Positions 15,041-52,493 of a stretch of DNA of 64,000 bases are shown here, in pieces. Every line of letters begins with the position of its first letter. Position 1 is the first letter of the stretch. The notes beneath the pieces were generated by a model. It was not told where the DNA came from and ran no database searches. It worked only from the letters and a program-made list of their open reading frames with translations. This DNA comes from Chrysomallon squamiferum (Eukaryota > Animalia > Mollusca), in the NCBI GenBank assembly GCA_012295275.1, contig CM022671.1:18104001-18168000 (forward strand), read 5' to 3'. Both the position numbers and the translations under genes were made by a program.

Positions 15041-15512
15041 ATTGTGGGCAGATATAAGGTCATCTCTTTAATTAATCTACTAAAAAAAAGTGGGAAGGTC
15101 ACAGGTCATCTCTGTAATTAAACTGCTAAAAAAAGTGGGAAGGTCACATAATCTCTGTAATTAAACTGCTAAAAAAAGTGGGAAGGTCACAGGTCATCTC
15201 TAATTAATCTGCTAAAAAAGTGGGAAGGTCACAGGTCATCTCTAATTAATCTGCTAAAAAAGTGGGAAGGTCAAAGGTCATCTCTAATTAAACTGCTAAA
15301 AAAGTGGGAAGGTCACAGGGCATCTCTAATTAATCTGCTAAAAAAGTGGGAAGGTCACAGGTCATCTCTGTAATTAATCTGCTAACTCACATTGTGGGCA
15401 GGTCAAAGGTTATTTCTGTAATCTGCTAAAACAAGTATGGATAGGTCACAGATTATCTCTGTAATTAATCTGCTAACACACTAACATTGCTGTAAACAGG
15501 TCACAAATCATT
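15041..15512 (+). repeat. Minisatellite, ~39-41 bp unit (aaaaaagtgggaAGGTCAcAGGTCAtctctaattaatctgct), about 11 copies including degenerate flanks
   Basis: Directly visible tandem units. Perfect AGGTCA-N-AGGTCA occurs at about 15096, 15184, 15226, 15268 and 15352. Confidence 0.93.
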
Positions 15513-17078
15513 TCAATAACTAACAATGCTGGTTCTCATACTGTGAGCCCCAAGATAAGCAGATTTTATCACTCAGTGGATGTAAACATATTTCTACTTA
15601 TTTCAATTCATCATGAACATAGTAATAAAATACAGATATAATTGTTATTTAGTATTAACACAAAACAATACTTTTTAGAAAATATATTTATCTTTCGTTA
15701 CACCAGTACAGGTCAGGATTCTGTTACTGAAATGAATGTGACAGCATCTCAGATTTTGGAATATGATATAGCATAAAGAACACTACACTGGAAATTCATT
15801 TATATGGATTATACACAGATAGAGTAATTTTATATAGCAGTTTTAGTAAGTTTATATACGTAATATAACGACAGCTAAGCTTTCTCTGTACAAAATCTCA
15901 GCTGTTCAAAAAACAAATTTTTGTTTTAGAAATTTTCTAACAGATGCTTGGTCTATATATCAAAAGTATATCAGACAGACTTAAAATATCTATAATGAAT
16001 TTTGTTATAAATTATTCATACAAATGTAACAAAATTTAGAAAAATGAAACCAAAAAAAATTTTTTTAAAAAATGTAATAATTTTATATATATAACAGCTT
16101 AGCTTTTTGATGGTTCTCTAACATATGCTTTGCTGTTAAAAAAAGAAAAAAAAAAAAAAAAAAAAAAAATTATTTTTAAAAAGTTTTATTGTAGATATTA
16201 AATATCTATAATGAAACAAAAATATCCCAAGACAGAATTAAATTTTGAAAAACAACAAAAAACATCTGCATATGATCCACTAACATTAATTGTGCAGTAA
16301 AAAAATTATTAAAATCTTCCCATTTCACATTTACCAGAAACTATAATAGATACAGGTAAAAAATCAATATTTGTAAGTTGATATAAAACATACATTTCCA
16401 ACATTCATCTTCATTTCAGACGTAAAAACATGTAAGTAAGAGATATTGATTAATTTAAATACAACTTGATATACTGGACAAATTCCATTTAGCTGCAGAA
16501 TCCTAGGCTTGAATATTCATTATTTCAGTACATTCATTATATTAATATGCAGAATGACATTCATCTAAATGCATCACTTTGTATTTATAATTAATTACAT
16601 GAATTTATTTTAGTTCAAAATAAAAAGATACAATGCCACTGTGTAAAAAAACCCCTATTTATACTGAATATGTTTGAGGTAATACTTTTAATGCTTTATC
16701 TTTTTTCTTTTTTTAAAAATTATTTAAATAACTAATTATAATGTGGTCATTAATGGTACATGTATAATATGAATATTAGATGGCTTTTATGTATCATCTG
16801 TGTGTGTGTGTGTGCTGATATATATATATATATTATAAACAAGAAACATTTTTATTTATTGTAACACAACTTGTTAAATAAACTTGACTTTGAAATGCAA
16901 ATGCTTACATTCCTGACAAAATTAGCACCAGAAAATGGCCCCATCTATTTTTTCTTTAAAAAAAAAAAAAATCAAAATGCACTGTTTAAAAAGTATTTGG
17001 ATTATATCCAACAAAACATTCATCAATCTAATGTTTCAGGATTCTCCCATTGTAGAAAACACTGCTGAATTTGTCTGC

Positions 17079-41782
<24,704 letters not shown>

Positions 41783-42460
41783 GTTTGCATTAACCCCGCC
41801 TCTTTTTAGTTCGGGGATTTTTTACTTAAAATTAATTGCTGACATGTAGTGTAGTAAATTTTTAAAGACAATTCACCAAAATCTGTATATGATCAAAACT
41901 AGTGATTTAATCATAAGATTGTTATATTTAATAATAATATCCTTATTTCAGTCACCAACATAATTTTAGATGAAACTTCACGGAAGTACTTTCTAGGGAT
42001 CATGTGACTTCATATCATGTGACAGATATTTCCGGTTCTTTGCAACATTTCCCTCCCTTTTTACTTTTTCATTTGTGTTTTATTTTTTTTTTTTTTTTTT
42101 TATTATTATTATTTTTTTTTTTTTAGCTCTCCTCTTTTTGTTCTGTGAAAAGCTCCCTTTAATTTGAAAAACAATATCAATAAATCATTTTTAAAAATTT
42201 CACTTTTAAACAGAGGAAAATGTATAGCAGCATACAGTGCTAGTTTTAATCATTTTATTAATAATTTAGTCTTCAGTTTATAAAATTGGTAATTTTTTAT
42301 TTTTCGTCAAAATTCAGACCCAATTTATTTTAGTTTACACGACATTTGCCAATGCGCTGAATGAATATTTAAGTCTCAGTTTGCCAATACATCTAACTCA
42401 CGAGTTTTTGTTTGCCAGTTATCAGTTTTATGTGACGTGCAGAATTTGTGCACATGACTT
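41783..42460. promoter_or_regulatory. Divergent promoter region between WASHC4 and CLN8 with M-box/CLEAR-like and ETS motifs
   Basis: TCATGTGAC at 42000-42008 and 42015-42023, CACATGAC at 42451, CGGAAGT at 41981, TTCCGG at 42030, and GC-box-like CCCCGCCT near 41794. Confidence 0.6.
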
Positions 42461-43391
42461 TCAAAAAAGCCATGTAAGCAACAGATTACAGCTAACAAAT
42501 ATTTTAACATGTTAATAGAATCTTTAATCGGACATTAACAGTGTTTTAAAATTTAACAGTAAGTGGTTTTGTTTTTAAAAATAAATGATTTAATTCGAAA
42601 TCGTGAATTTTTTTATTTATTTATATTTATTTATTTATTTTATTTATTTATTTATTAATTTTTTAAAAGGATTATTAACTTTTCCACGTAATCATTACAA
42701 ATTCATACCAGTGCCTACGAAATGGAAATAATTTTTTTTTTTGGATTGCTTAAAGGGAAAAAATGTATGATATTTGTAGATATCTGTAAATAATTTTAAC
42801 TGATAGACCAGTTGACTAAATAAGTAAACTAAATACATGACCGTTCCCTGTGCACCGTTTTGATTCGTTTCCTGATCAAAGCAGTCCACCATGACTTACT
42901 AATCAAAAGAGTGTAATTTGTTGTTTGTTTGTGGGGTTTTTTTTTGGTCCAATCATAAAATGATGATAGTGGGTTTCCTTTCTCGTATTCATCTTTGTGC
43001 ACAAAACTGTATTTCACAGTTAAAAATGAATACTAAATCATTTATTAAAATGTTTTACTGATTAATGTTGTTGGTGTTAACGTAAAGTTTAAACTATCGT
43101 GTCTCAAAATGATAACAGTCCTCAAGCGGTTAATGGATTAATTTTCCTTTATCTTTCTAAGTGACGAGTATAATAATAAAAACATATTGATAATCTGAAC
43201 TCAAAAGATACACCAACAGCACGTATCTTTCGCCCTTTTTATCTGTCACAAGTCTTAGTCATATGATTTTGAATGTCTACGCAGTGGTATTATTATAATA
43301 ATTTCATAAATTATTTGGATAGCTATAATCAGGTATGTTCAAAAAGTTATGTGAAAGAAGGAATGCTGATTCATTGAACCATACATTTTTC

Positions 43392-43422
<31 letters not shown>

Positions 43423-43721
43423 TATGACTGTATTTTATTTTTCATTTTATCTTAAAATAGTGAATGGTTATTTATTCGTGATGTCAGCTATATTACGATA
43501 ACGTATTCTATTACAGATGAAGTGTCCGATATACATGTATATTAATAAATATATCTCTTTATTTGTATTATTTCGTGATAAATCCAATTTTAAGCTTTGA
43601 ATCCCAGTAAAATTTTGAAATAATCATCATCATTACTTTGCAGATGATTCAGTTTTAGCAGCAGCTGCCTAAGAAAGAATCCTAGCAAACAACAAGCGGA
43701 TTTGATTGTTAATATTCCGAG

Positions 43722-44570
43722 ATGAATTCATCAGAATTTGAACTTCTAGAGTTCATTTATCCCGAATTTCGTAATGAAGACTTCACACGAACGTCGGTGA
43801 AACTAAAGTTTGTCTTTGGTTCTTACGTATGTTGTTTATTGGTTTATGTCGTGTCTCATCTGGCAGGCTTAGTCATCTGGACATACCGAAACTTGACGAC
43901 TGAAGAAAAGATATTCTGGAACCTTACAGTAACTCGTGCAGTGTTCGGTGTCGTCGGAGGAGCGATAGGAGCCTGGGCAGTGTTCACAACAACCGTTCTT
44001 GACTTCGACAGAGTTTTTGGCAAAAACCAGACAAGTTATTTTGCTATGTGCATTACAGTGGGGTTCTTTGTCTTTGAATGTTCGGCTGTTTTCTTTACAG
44101 ATTTGTTTTACAGAAGTCCAAACATTCTGCTGAATATTCATCACTGGCTTGCGTTGATTGGTTACTCATTCGTTTTATACGAAGAAGCTGGTCATACCTT
44201 CGGCACGAAGGGTCTTCTTTTAGAAATGAGCACCCCATTCACTGCCCTTAGCTGGACTCTTCTGAAATGCGGGAAAGAAAATACTGCTGTCTGGAAAGTA
44301 AATCAGTTTCTTTTGGTGCACACGTTCCACTGCAGAAACGTTATGGAACTGTACATGTGGTTCATGACATATCAAAGTTGGGACAAGATTTATTCTTCAA
44401 TGCCTCTTGGCGTTTTTATCTCTCTCTATTTCCAGCTGACAATTGTCACATTTGTGATGACACCATATTGGACGTACAAGAAGACGATACAGATGATAAA
44501 TTTAGAAGACTGGAACTTTAATAAAAACGACTACCGTTCAAAGAATGGCGGAATAAAAAAGACTGTTTAA
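43722..44570 (+). CDS. CLN8: CLN8-like TLC (TRAM/LAG1/CLN8) domain ER membrane protein, single coding exon, 282 aa
   Basis: EKIFWNLTVTRAVFG, GFFVFE, HHWLAL, LLEMSTPF, WKVNQFLLVH.FHCR and TPYWTYKKT.Q match recalled CLN8. C-terminal KKTV is a dilysine ER-retrieval signal. A 5' UTR acceptor lies at about 43643 and a candidate donor at about 42559. Confidence 0.9.
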   Translation: MNSSEFELLEFIYPEFRNEDFTRTSVKLKFVFGSYVCCLLVYVVSHLAGLVIWTYRNLTTEEKIFWNLTVTRAVFGVVGGAIGAWAVFTTTVLDFDRVFGKNQTSYFAMCITVGFFVFECSAVFFTDLFYRSPNILLNIHHWLALIGYSFVLYEEAGHTFGTKGLLLEMSTPFTALSWTLLKCGKENTAVWKVNQFLLVHTFHCRNVMELYMWFMTYQSWDKIYSSMPLGVFISLYFQLTIVTFVMTPYWTYKKTIQMINLEDWNFNKNDYRSKNGGIKKTV

Positions 44571-44752
44571 GATAGCGTAAAGGAAAGGTGATTCCAAACT
44601 GTCCAAAACTGTTATTATATAAAACTGTGGAATAAAAATACGTTATGCAGAAAATAGTTTATTTTTAAGTTAGACCTTCCATTCTAAATTGGGTGAAGGG
44701 GAATATTTTCTAAAAAAAAAAAAAAAAAAAAAAAATGGTTTATTGTCGATTT

Positions 44753-44753
<1 letters not shown>

Positions 44754-44831
<78 letters not shown>

Positions 44832-45066
44832 AGTTTGTATTACATATACTTTTTTTTTTTAAATGGATAATTGTGTTCTAAAGGTGTAATAGAAAGTAAA
44901 TATTGTCTTATTTTACAGTTCAATAAAACTATCACGCAGTTGTTGTTTGTTGTTTTAAGCATACTTTTTCGCCCAGAAATCATCTAGCTGGAGTAATCGT
45001 TTGGTGGAGAACAGCTGTAAAATAATTTTATATACTAATTTCTGAAGGAGCTGTTTGAGTACATGA

Positions 45067-45139
<73 letters not shown>
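44754..45139. repeat. Two (GA)n microsatellites
   Basis: (GA)n at about 44754-44829 and 45070-45139. Confidence 0.95.
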
Positions 45140-45142
<3 letters not shown>

Positions 45143-45762
45143 TTTAATTATACTTGAAGGCAAAAGAGAGAGAAACTTTGAAAAGTATATATAATAATTT
45201 TATAAAACATAAAGTGTTGATTGACCGTCGCATATGTCAAGCAGTTAGATAAACTGACTTATCTGAATTAACAACAAGAGTAAAGAGAAATGTAAAAATG
45301 GAGAAATTAAATAATTTGTCTATTCAAACATGTGAATGGAACTTACGTCACATTTACATTTTTGTTTTTCTTTCTGAATTATGACAATAGTATTTTTGAG
45401 AGGATGGAAATACATTTTTGTCAGTTATTACTTTTAAAAAAAGATACTTAATTATTAAACATACATTATTTTGATAGTGAATGAATGAAAGAATGTTTAA
45501 CCGCACGCCTGATTTGCAGTGAAAACAATAATCTGCTCTAGAGGTCAAATGACTTTAATATTAAAGATTTACAAGCTTTTCTCTTCAAAAATGTCGAGTT
45601 AACAGATTAAAGTAGAACGTGTTGAATGCCATAAACTGAAAGGCATATAATTATACTTAAACAGAGTATACTTGATTCAGCCGTAAGTATTAAAACAAAT
45701 AATTTAACTTAAAATTTAGTGCTCTTAAGAAGCAAGAGCAATTGTAGAACGAAATACACGGT

Positions 45763-46979
45763 ATGGCTGCGCGCACTCGCATTCTGCTGCTGGCTGTTCG
45801 TGTCAAAAATTTAAATAGTGTCCCGGTTAAATTCTGTCGACACTCATTTTATTCAACAGATGTGAAAAGTCGTATTAATAAATGGTTTCGAGCTTATGAG
45901 GATTTTGTTGGTCTTACCCTCATTAAAGTGGCACAAAATAACGTGATTCAGGTATGACTGTCACTATGACTGCACTATCGCTCGTTATGAGTTACTATGA
46001 CTCTTTGTATGAGGTAACGTTAAATTAAAGTTTAATTTCTTTTATCACTCTACGAATATGATACTTTAATATGATAATAATTATAATGTATTTGTTTCTC
46101 TGCTTTTTTTATTTTTAGGCAGAGTTAAATTTCCTCAAAAAGCAAGAAGAAAGGAGACAAAAACAGAGTTTCCTGTCCAATGTTCAGTCGCGTTTAAAGT
46201 CCGTTTCTGCAGAACTTGACAAGACAAACAAGACTCAGGAACGTTATTTAGACTTAGTGAAGGAGGAACATTCTATAATTCGTGAGGAACATGACTTGCA
46301 GAAAGAGCTACGCAACCTTGAAAATGAAGAAAGAGAATATTTCTCACGTCTTAGTGCTGCCGTCCGAGAGAGTCACGAGAAAGAAAGAGCTCAGGCAGAA
46401 AGGACAAAATATTGGTCTATCATTGGTTCGATTGTCGGTGCAGCAATAGGAATCACGGGAACAACAATTAATAATTACCTGAGAATGAAAGAACTACGAG
46501 GAATCGTCGACACATCAGCATCGACCACCAATGAAATGAAAGGTCTGACAGAGGAGTTGTGCACAGCTATTAAATGTCAGTTCAACAAAATAGAACATTT
46601 TTTAGGTGATCTTCGAACTTCTTTAGACAGTGATCAGCCGTCTCCTAAGCAGAAGATTCAGTTGCCATTTTCAGACGTTGCTAGTTGCAAGGACTTGCAA
46701 GAGCAGACGGAGAAGATTCTAGAAGGAATCCATAAACAGGAGACATTTCTTGATGAGGAGATCAGAGACATTAAAAACATTCTGGGTGTCAGAGCAGCGC
46801 AGAAATCTGATGTTAACATTGTCTACGTGGGACCAGAAATGGAGAACATGTTACAGAAGACAGAAGATAATTTGGAGCAGAAAATCAAAATGAATGCTTT
46901 AGCATCTGCTACATTTATCTATGGAGCCTTGGCTTTGACAATTCCACTGATAATGTCTTTCTTCAAAGGTGGATCTTGA
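45763..46979 (+). CDS. CCDC51: Coiled-coil domain-containing 51 / mitochondrial K+ channel MITOK, 2 exons, 349 aa
   Basis: Exons 45763-45951 (CAG|GTATGA) and 46119-46979 (TTTTTAG|GCA), in frame. Arg-rich N-terminal presequence; motifs YEDFVGL and LSAAVRESHEKERAQAERTKYWSIIGS..GA.IG; C-terminal TM helix. Confidence 0.93.
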
Positions 46980-49900
46980 TAAAAATGTATAAAATCAATA
47001 GTTGGGTTTTTGACTAGATTGAACAATCTACGTATGCATTGTCATAAACAGTCAGCAACTGTGGCAATTATTTTACTATATCAGCTGCATGAAATTTTTG
47101 CTTTTGTCTGTAACATTACCTGGTAAACATTATGAAAAATATTAGCAATTAAATCCATTTTAAGACTATAAATAGAAGTGTTACAGAATACAACTGTTTA
47201 AGGATTTGCAGAAGTATTGTCTGTGATCTTTTAAAAACATTTATTGATGCAGAATACCACAATCTATGTCCCATTATTAAATGAAAATACAAACAAATTA
47301 TGCACTAAAAATTTAATCATAAATTATAATTATCTGTATATCTAATCTGTAGGTAATTTTTACCTTTATTATACATAAACAGGAAATAAATCAAAATTAA
47401 TTCTCAGTCAATTTTACTTTAAAAAACAACATAACACTGCCTGCCTTTTTTCTATTTATTTATTTTTTTAAATGTTTTATTCCCAGTTTAAGAAACAAAA
47501 TGTTTATATGAACAAGTAAAGCAGTTCATGGTACAAGGTAAAATTTCAACAAAGTAAAACTAGCTGAACACAAATGTAAAATATTCTGTGAGCATTTCTC
47601 CTAGTCAAACCATTGATAACAGAGCATGTACAAGTTCATTTGAAAAAGTCTTAAAATTTGAATTTTTTTTCACTTGCTTCACTATTGAGCTGGCCTCTTG
47701 TACATATCTAAATTTGAAAGAAAATGTATGTTGCTGTTGTAAATTAAATATATAATTAGTTACAAAAGTAAAATCAAATAAAAATCCCTCCCTTGGTTTC
47801 TTTGCAAATGGAAGCTTTTTTTTTTTTTTTTTTTTTTAATTTACAATTTCTATAGAATTTTGATTGTTTCTTTTTATTTTTAATTATTAATCAATACCTT
47901 GTATAATTATAATGAATTTTGATTTGTTTACTTAAAAAAGAAAGAAAAAAATTATAGAATTTTTTAATTTAATGTACACAACAAAAGGTAGGATTTTAAA
48001 CTATTAATAGTGAGTTTCAGTAAAATTAACAATTTTTATAGCAAAACCATGAAAACAAAATTGATTGTTGAATAATTATAAATATATATATATATATATT
48101 TTAATATTTTTTTTCTATAGTTACATTCAATTTTAATATTTATTTTGCTATTTGTGAAGGAGGGATTTTATATTTCACTAATGCCATGTTTTTTGGAGAT
48201 ACAGTCAACATTTGAAAATGCTTTAAATTAAACTTGTCATTTTGACAAGTGAAAACTGGTTAGCTTTCATGTTTTGTTTTTTAATTTTAACACAGAAATG
48301 TGTTTAAGAATAATTATATGATTGTAGACAGTGAACAAATCTCAGTTAATTACAGAAACACTGCTAAAATTATGTTGTAAAAAGGGGGAAACTAATGCCA
48401 ACTATGAAATTTTATTGAAATAAATTAAAAACAAACTTTTTACATTGTATGAAATGTATAACAAAATTGGATTGTGAAAAGAAAAGAAAATGGACAAAAG
48501 TAAAGTTATATATTTTTTAAAGAAATTATAAAAGTCCTATTGTATTGTGTCAGTATTAATTGTCAAAAACAAAATAAGTACAATCATAATGCTGTATTGT
48601 TGTGAAGTTTTATTGAAATTTACTGGAGGAAAAAAAACTGCCAAATATTAAAAGATACAACAAAAAAAGAAAAATTTTCCTCTTGCATGAAACTTTAATT
48701 CGATGTGTTTTTTTCTTAGAAATATAATTGGTGCATGTGTGATAATATATTTAGATTGACAAGAAATGTGTAGTACTATGTTTTATGAGAATTTAGATTT
48801 TTTAATTTTAAAATTATATTTTATAAAGAGATGAATGCTTCCAAAACTGTGAATGCCACTTTCCTGATTTGTGCTTTATGCAATTACTGACCTATTAAAA
48901 TGAATTACTAGTAAAATGTGTTTGTTTTCACCTTCTCTGAGATTTTGTTAAGAAACTAAATATGTGCTTTTTATTAAGAAAAAAAAGTGGGATTTGTTTT
49001 TTTCATTATTAGAAAGAAAAAAAAAATGTTAAAGTAAATCCTATTATTAAAAAATAAAACCAACAAAAAAAAAATATAATAATAATAATAAATTAATAAA
49101 AATAAACCATAAAAAAAAACCCAACAAACAAACAAAAATAATAATAAATAAAGATAAACCATTAAAAAAACCCCAACAAACACACTCTTTTCCAAAAAAA
49201 AAAAAAAAAACCCCTTATACATTATAATTTTGAGTTCACTACTTATATTTCAGAATCAAACACATCTTGAATGAACACTGTAACTACTCAATCTTCTACT
49301 CAACTTTCATAACACTGAGCATAAAATTAAAATTGGAGTCCTATAATACAACACACACAAAAAAAAAACCCAATACATATTTGAATTACCGGTAAATAAA
49401 TTAAAGCAACAGATACCATACAAATGCCAGTAACTTGGCCAATAACAGTCTTATAATATAACACTTAATAATACAGCATACATTCTCGGCTTTATTTACA
49501 AAGACTAATATTTCTTTTATACTAAGGACGGCATTTTTTTTTTACATATAAGCAAGTGATTATTTATTATTAAACAAAAGTAGAAGATATGTAAATTCAA
49601 GTAATTATGTATATTATATTAATTTATTTTTCTACTGGTAACTATATATACAAAATACTGAACAAAATAAATTATATTAATTTTTGAACTATATTAATAA
49701 CTATATACAAAGTATTGAATACATGTTAATATTTAGAAGCACAGTTTGTTTTCAGGTGGTTTATTTATACCAAGTACAAATGGAAATAATATTAAAGATG
49801 CATGTTTTGTTACTTGGCAGTCTGTTTTTTAAAAACATTGATTACTGAATTCCATTGAAAATAAAAGATAATTTCATTTTAATATTCCCCATTATCATAA

Positions 49901-50279
49901 CAAAATAACAAAAGTTAATAACTGCATTTCAGTATTCCCCATTATAAGATAATTTTTTTTAATAATAACTGCATTTTAACATTCAGCATTATTGTAAAAA
50001 AAAAAAATTATAGGCGATAGTAATTGCATTTTAACATTCTGTACTTTCATAATATACTAATACATTATAATATTTAATCAAGAAATGCAGCTTATATGAT
50101 TTATATTTATTAACCAACTGAAGCTTATCATTCAATAAATCTCAAAAGATGGTGAAATGGGGACTGAAAAACATTTATTGATTTGTTAATAGAAAAAATA
50201 TCCTCAGTTCAGTTCAGAATAAACAGAATTTAACAGTGTGTATCTGTCATTTGTAAATGAAATATTTTTTGTTACACCA

Positions 50280-50610
50280 CTTCTATCAGAAACTGTTTGG
50301 ACACTTCAGATTCATATGAGAAAAGTTTATACTTTTGTTTTAGATCAGAACAATCTGTATCACTTCTGTTTTACATAAGAACATTTTCAAATCACTTTTT
50401 TTTTAATCAGAAAATTTATACCAATTTAATTTTTTATCTGAAATTATATATATCTTGTTTTTGATCAGAACATGATGTACAAAATTAATTTTACATCAGA
50501 ACTTTTATACCTCTACCCGTCTGCTTTATATCAGAAAGTTTTATACTTTTGTTTTATATCAGAAAATTTGAAACAGTTGCTTTTACATCAGAACATTTTC
50601 TATCACATCT
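50280..50610. repeat. Degenerate ~30 bp tandem repeat
   Basis: Recurring 'tttt..atcagaa(c/a)' core, roughly ten times. Confidence 0.65.
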
Positions 50611-52442
50611 GAAAAGGCTCATTAAAACAGAAACAGTTACTAACATTTCCAAACATTCTGTTCAACATTTAAATTGTGAAAGCAGTTTAGGCAGTTCAAT
50701 ACGAACAATAAAAACGAAGATATTAAAAACTTTATTGCATTGGTCTGCCAAATGCTGAATTTCCTATCTAGGTATCTGACTTTAAATGCATAATAATTAC
50801 AGGTTCACAAACATAAATAACAATGCAAACAATAATTTTCCTATATGCTCACTTTTGTGGCATCACTCCATGCATAAATCTACTATTATGCTTCCCCAGA
50901 ACAACACAAACAAAGTGCTAATACATTCCATTTTTGTTTTGTTTTGAAATTTTAATCAACAAAATTTATTAGGTATATATTTTTATTAACTTGTTAATAG
51001 TAAGTAACACACATATATATATATTTATAGTGGAAAATTGTTTCAAAATTTAAGAAATAAAAAAATGTATATCATTTACCATAGTAACCCTTACAATCTC
51101 GAGAAACAAAATGGCAGTGTTGCATTGCAAACTGGGACAGCACAAACAATCAGTGACATCAGTTAAAACAAAAAAAATGGTAGGTAACATCTAACATACA
51201 GTAATTATCAACCTAAGTATAAAACATTATAGATGAAAGGTATTTTTTTCCTAATTGGCATCTGATTATAAAAGCACATTGGTTACCATAATAAATAGCA
51301 AAAAGTAAAGCAACTTGGCACATACTAAAAGGACAAATACATAAAAAATGTCCAGATAAAAAACATTATGATTTTTGTTCACAGCATACTAAATTACTAC
51401 AATAATGATAACAGTAATTAATAACAATAACAATAATAATAATTATAATAACAAAAATAACAACATGAAAAATAATGACTAATAATAATAATAAAATAAT
51501 GGCTAATAATAATAATAATAATAATAATAAAAGTAACAGGTAATGTATATTAAAATGATAAAGATTCAATTTCAAAATAATGACTTAGAAAATTCCATCA
51601 CCTTTTTTTGTTTTTCAAACAGGTTCTATGTCAGTCATTAAAAGATATTTATAAATTTTTGACTAACTAACATTTATAAAAATTTCGTATGGAAATAGCA
51701 CTATGGAAACATAAATAAATTGGTAAGCATGCAAAAAAAACAAAAAACCCCCCCAAAAACAACCTACCTACTATACAATTTTTCATATTTAAACAAACAA
51801 ATAAAAAAAATGTATTAAAACTAATAAGTTCATAAAATATTTAAAATTCCAATTTAATAATTTTATTTGATATTTTTTTTTTAATTATCTGTTGTTTTAA
51901 AGAAACAAACTGAACAATATTTCATTATTGAATCAAAACAGTTAATAACTGAAAAATTCAACATTTTCATTAAAATGTACTTGAATATTTAATTTAATTT
52001 AATAACATTTTTCTTCCATGTCATAACAATTAAATATTTTGTTTCTTTCAGCTCTCTCTCTCTCTCTCTCTCTCTCTTTTCTCTATCTTTTTTTTCTCTC
52101 TCTCAATCTTTTTTTTTTACACTTAAAAGTAATGAATAAAAACAAAATTAATTTAAAACAGTTTGTACTGCTAAGGGCAAATATTAATTGACTAATATTA
52201 TAGTTGACAAAGTGTCTTCAAACTGGAATTTTCTTTACACAACATTAAAAAAATGTGTTATTATACAAAATGTACATTTTGATAAATGACTTTGAAAACA
52301 CCCCACTTAATGTTAATATAATGATGATGATAATTATAATAATAATAATAGTAATAATGAAAATACAAATATTAATAATAATAAAATAATAATAATAATT
52401 ACAATAATAGTAAAAATAATAATAATAACAATAATAATAATA

Positions 52443-52493
<51 letters not shown>

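Noticed and set aside
15041-15512. CRISPR-like array
   Set aside because: Eukaryotic context, contiguous units without unique spacers, and no cas genes.
43869-44521. Antisense and alternative-frame ORFs within CLN8
   Set aside because: Expected shadows of a real coding sequence.
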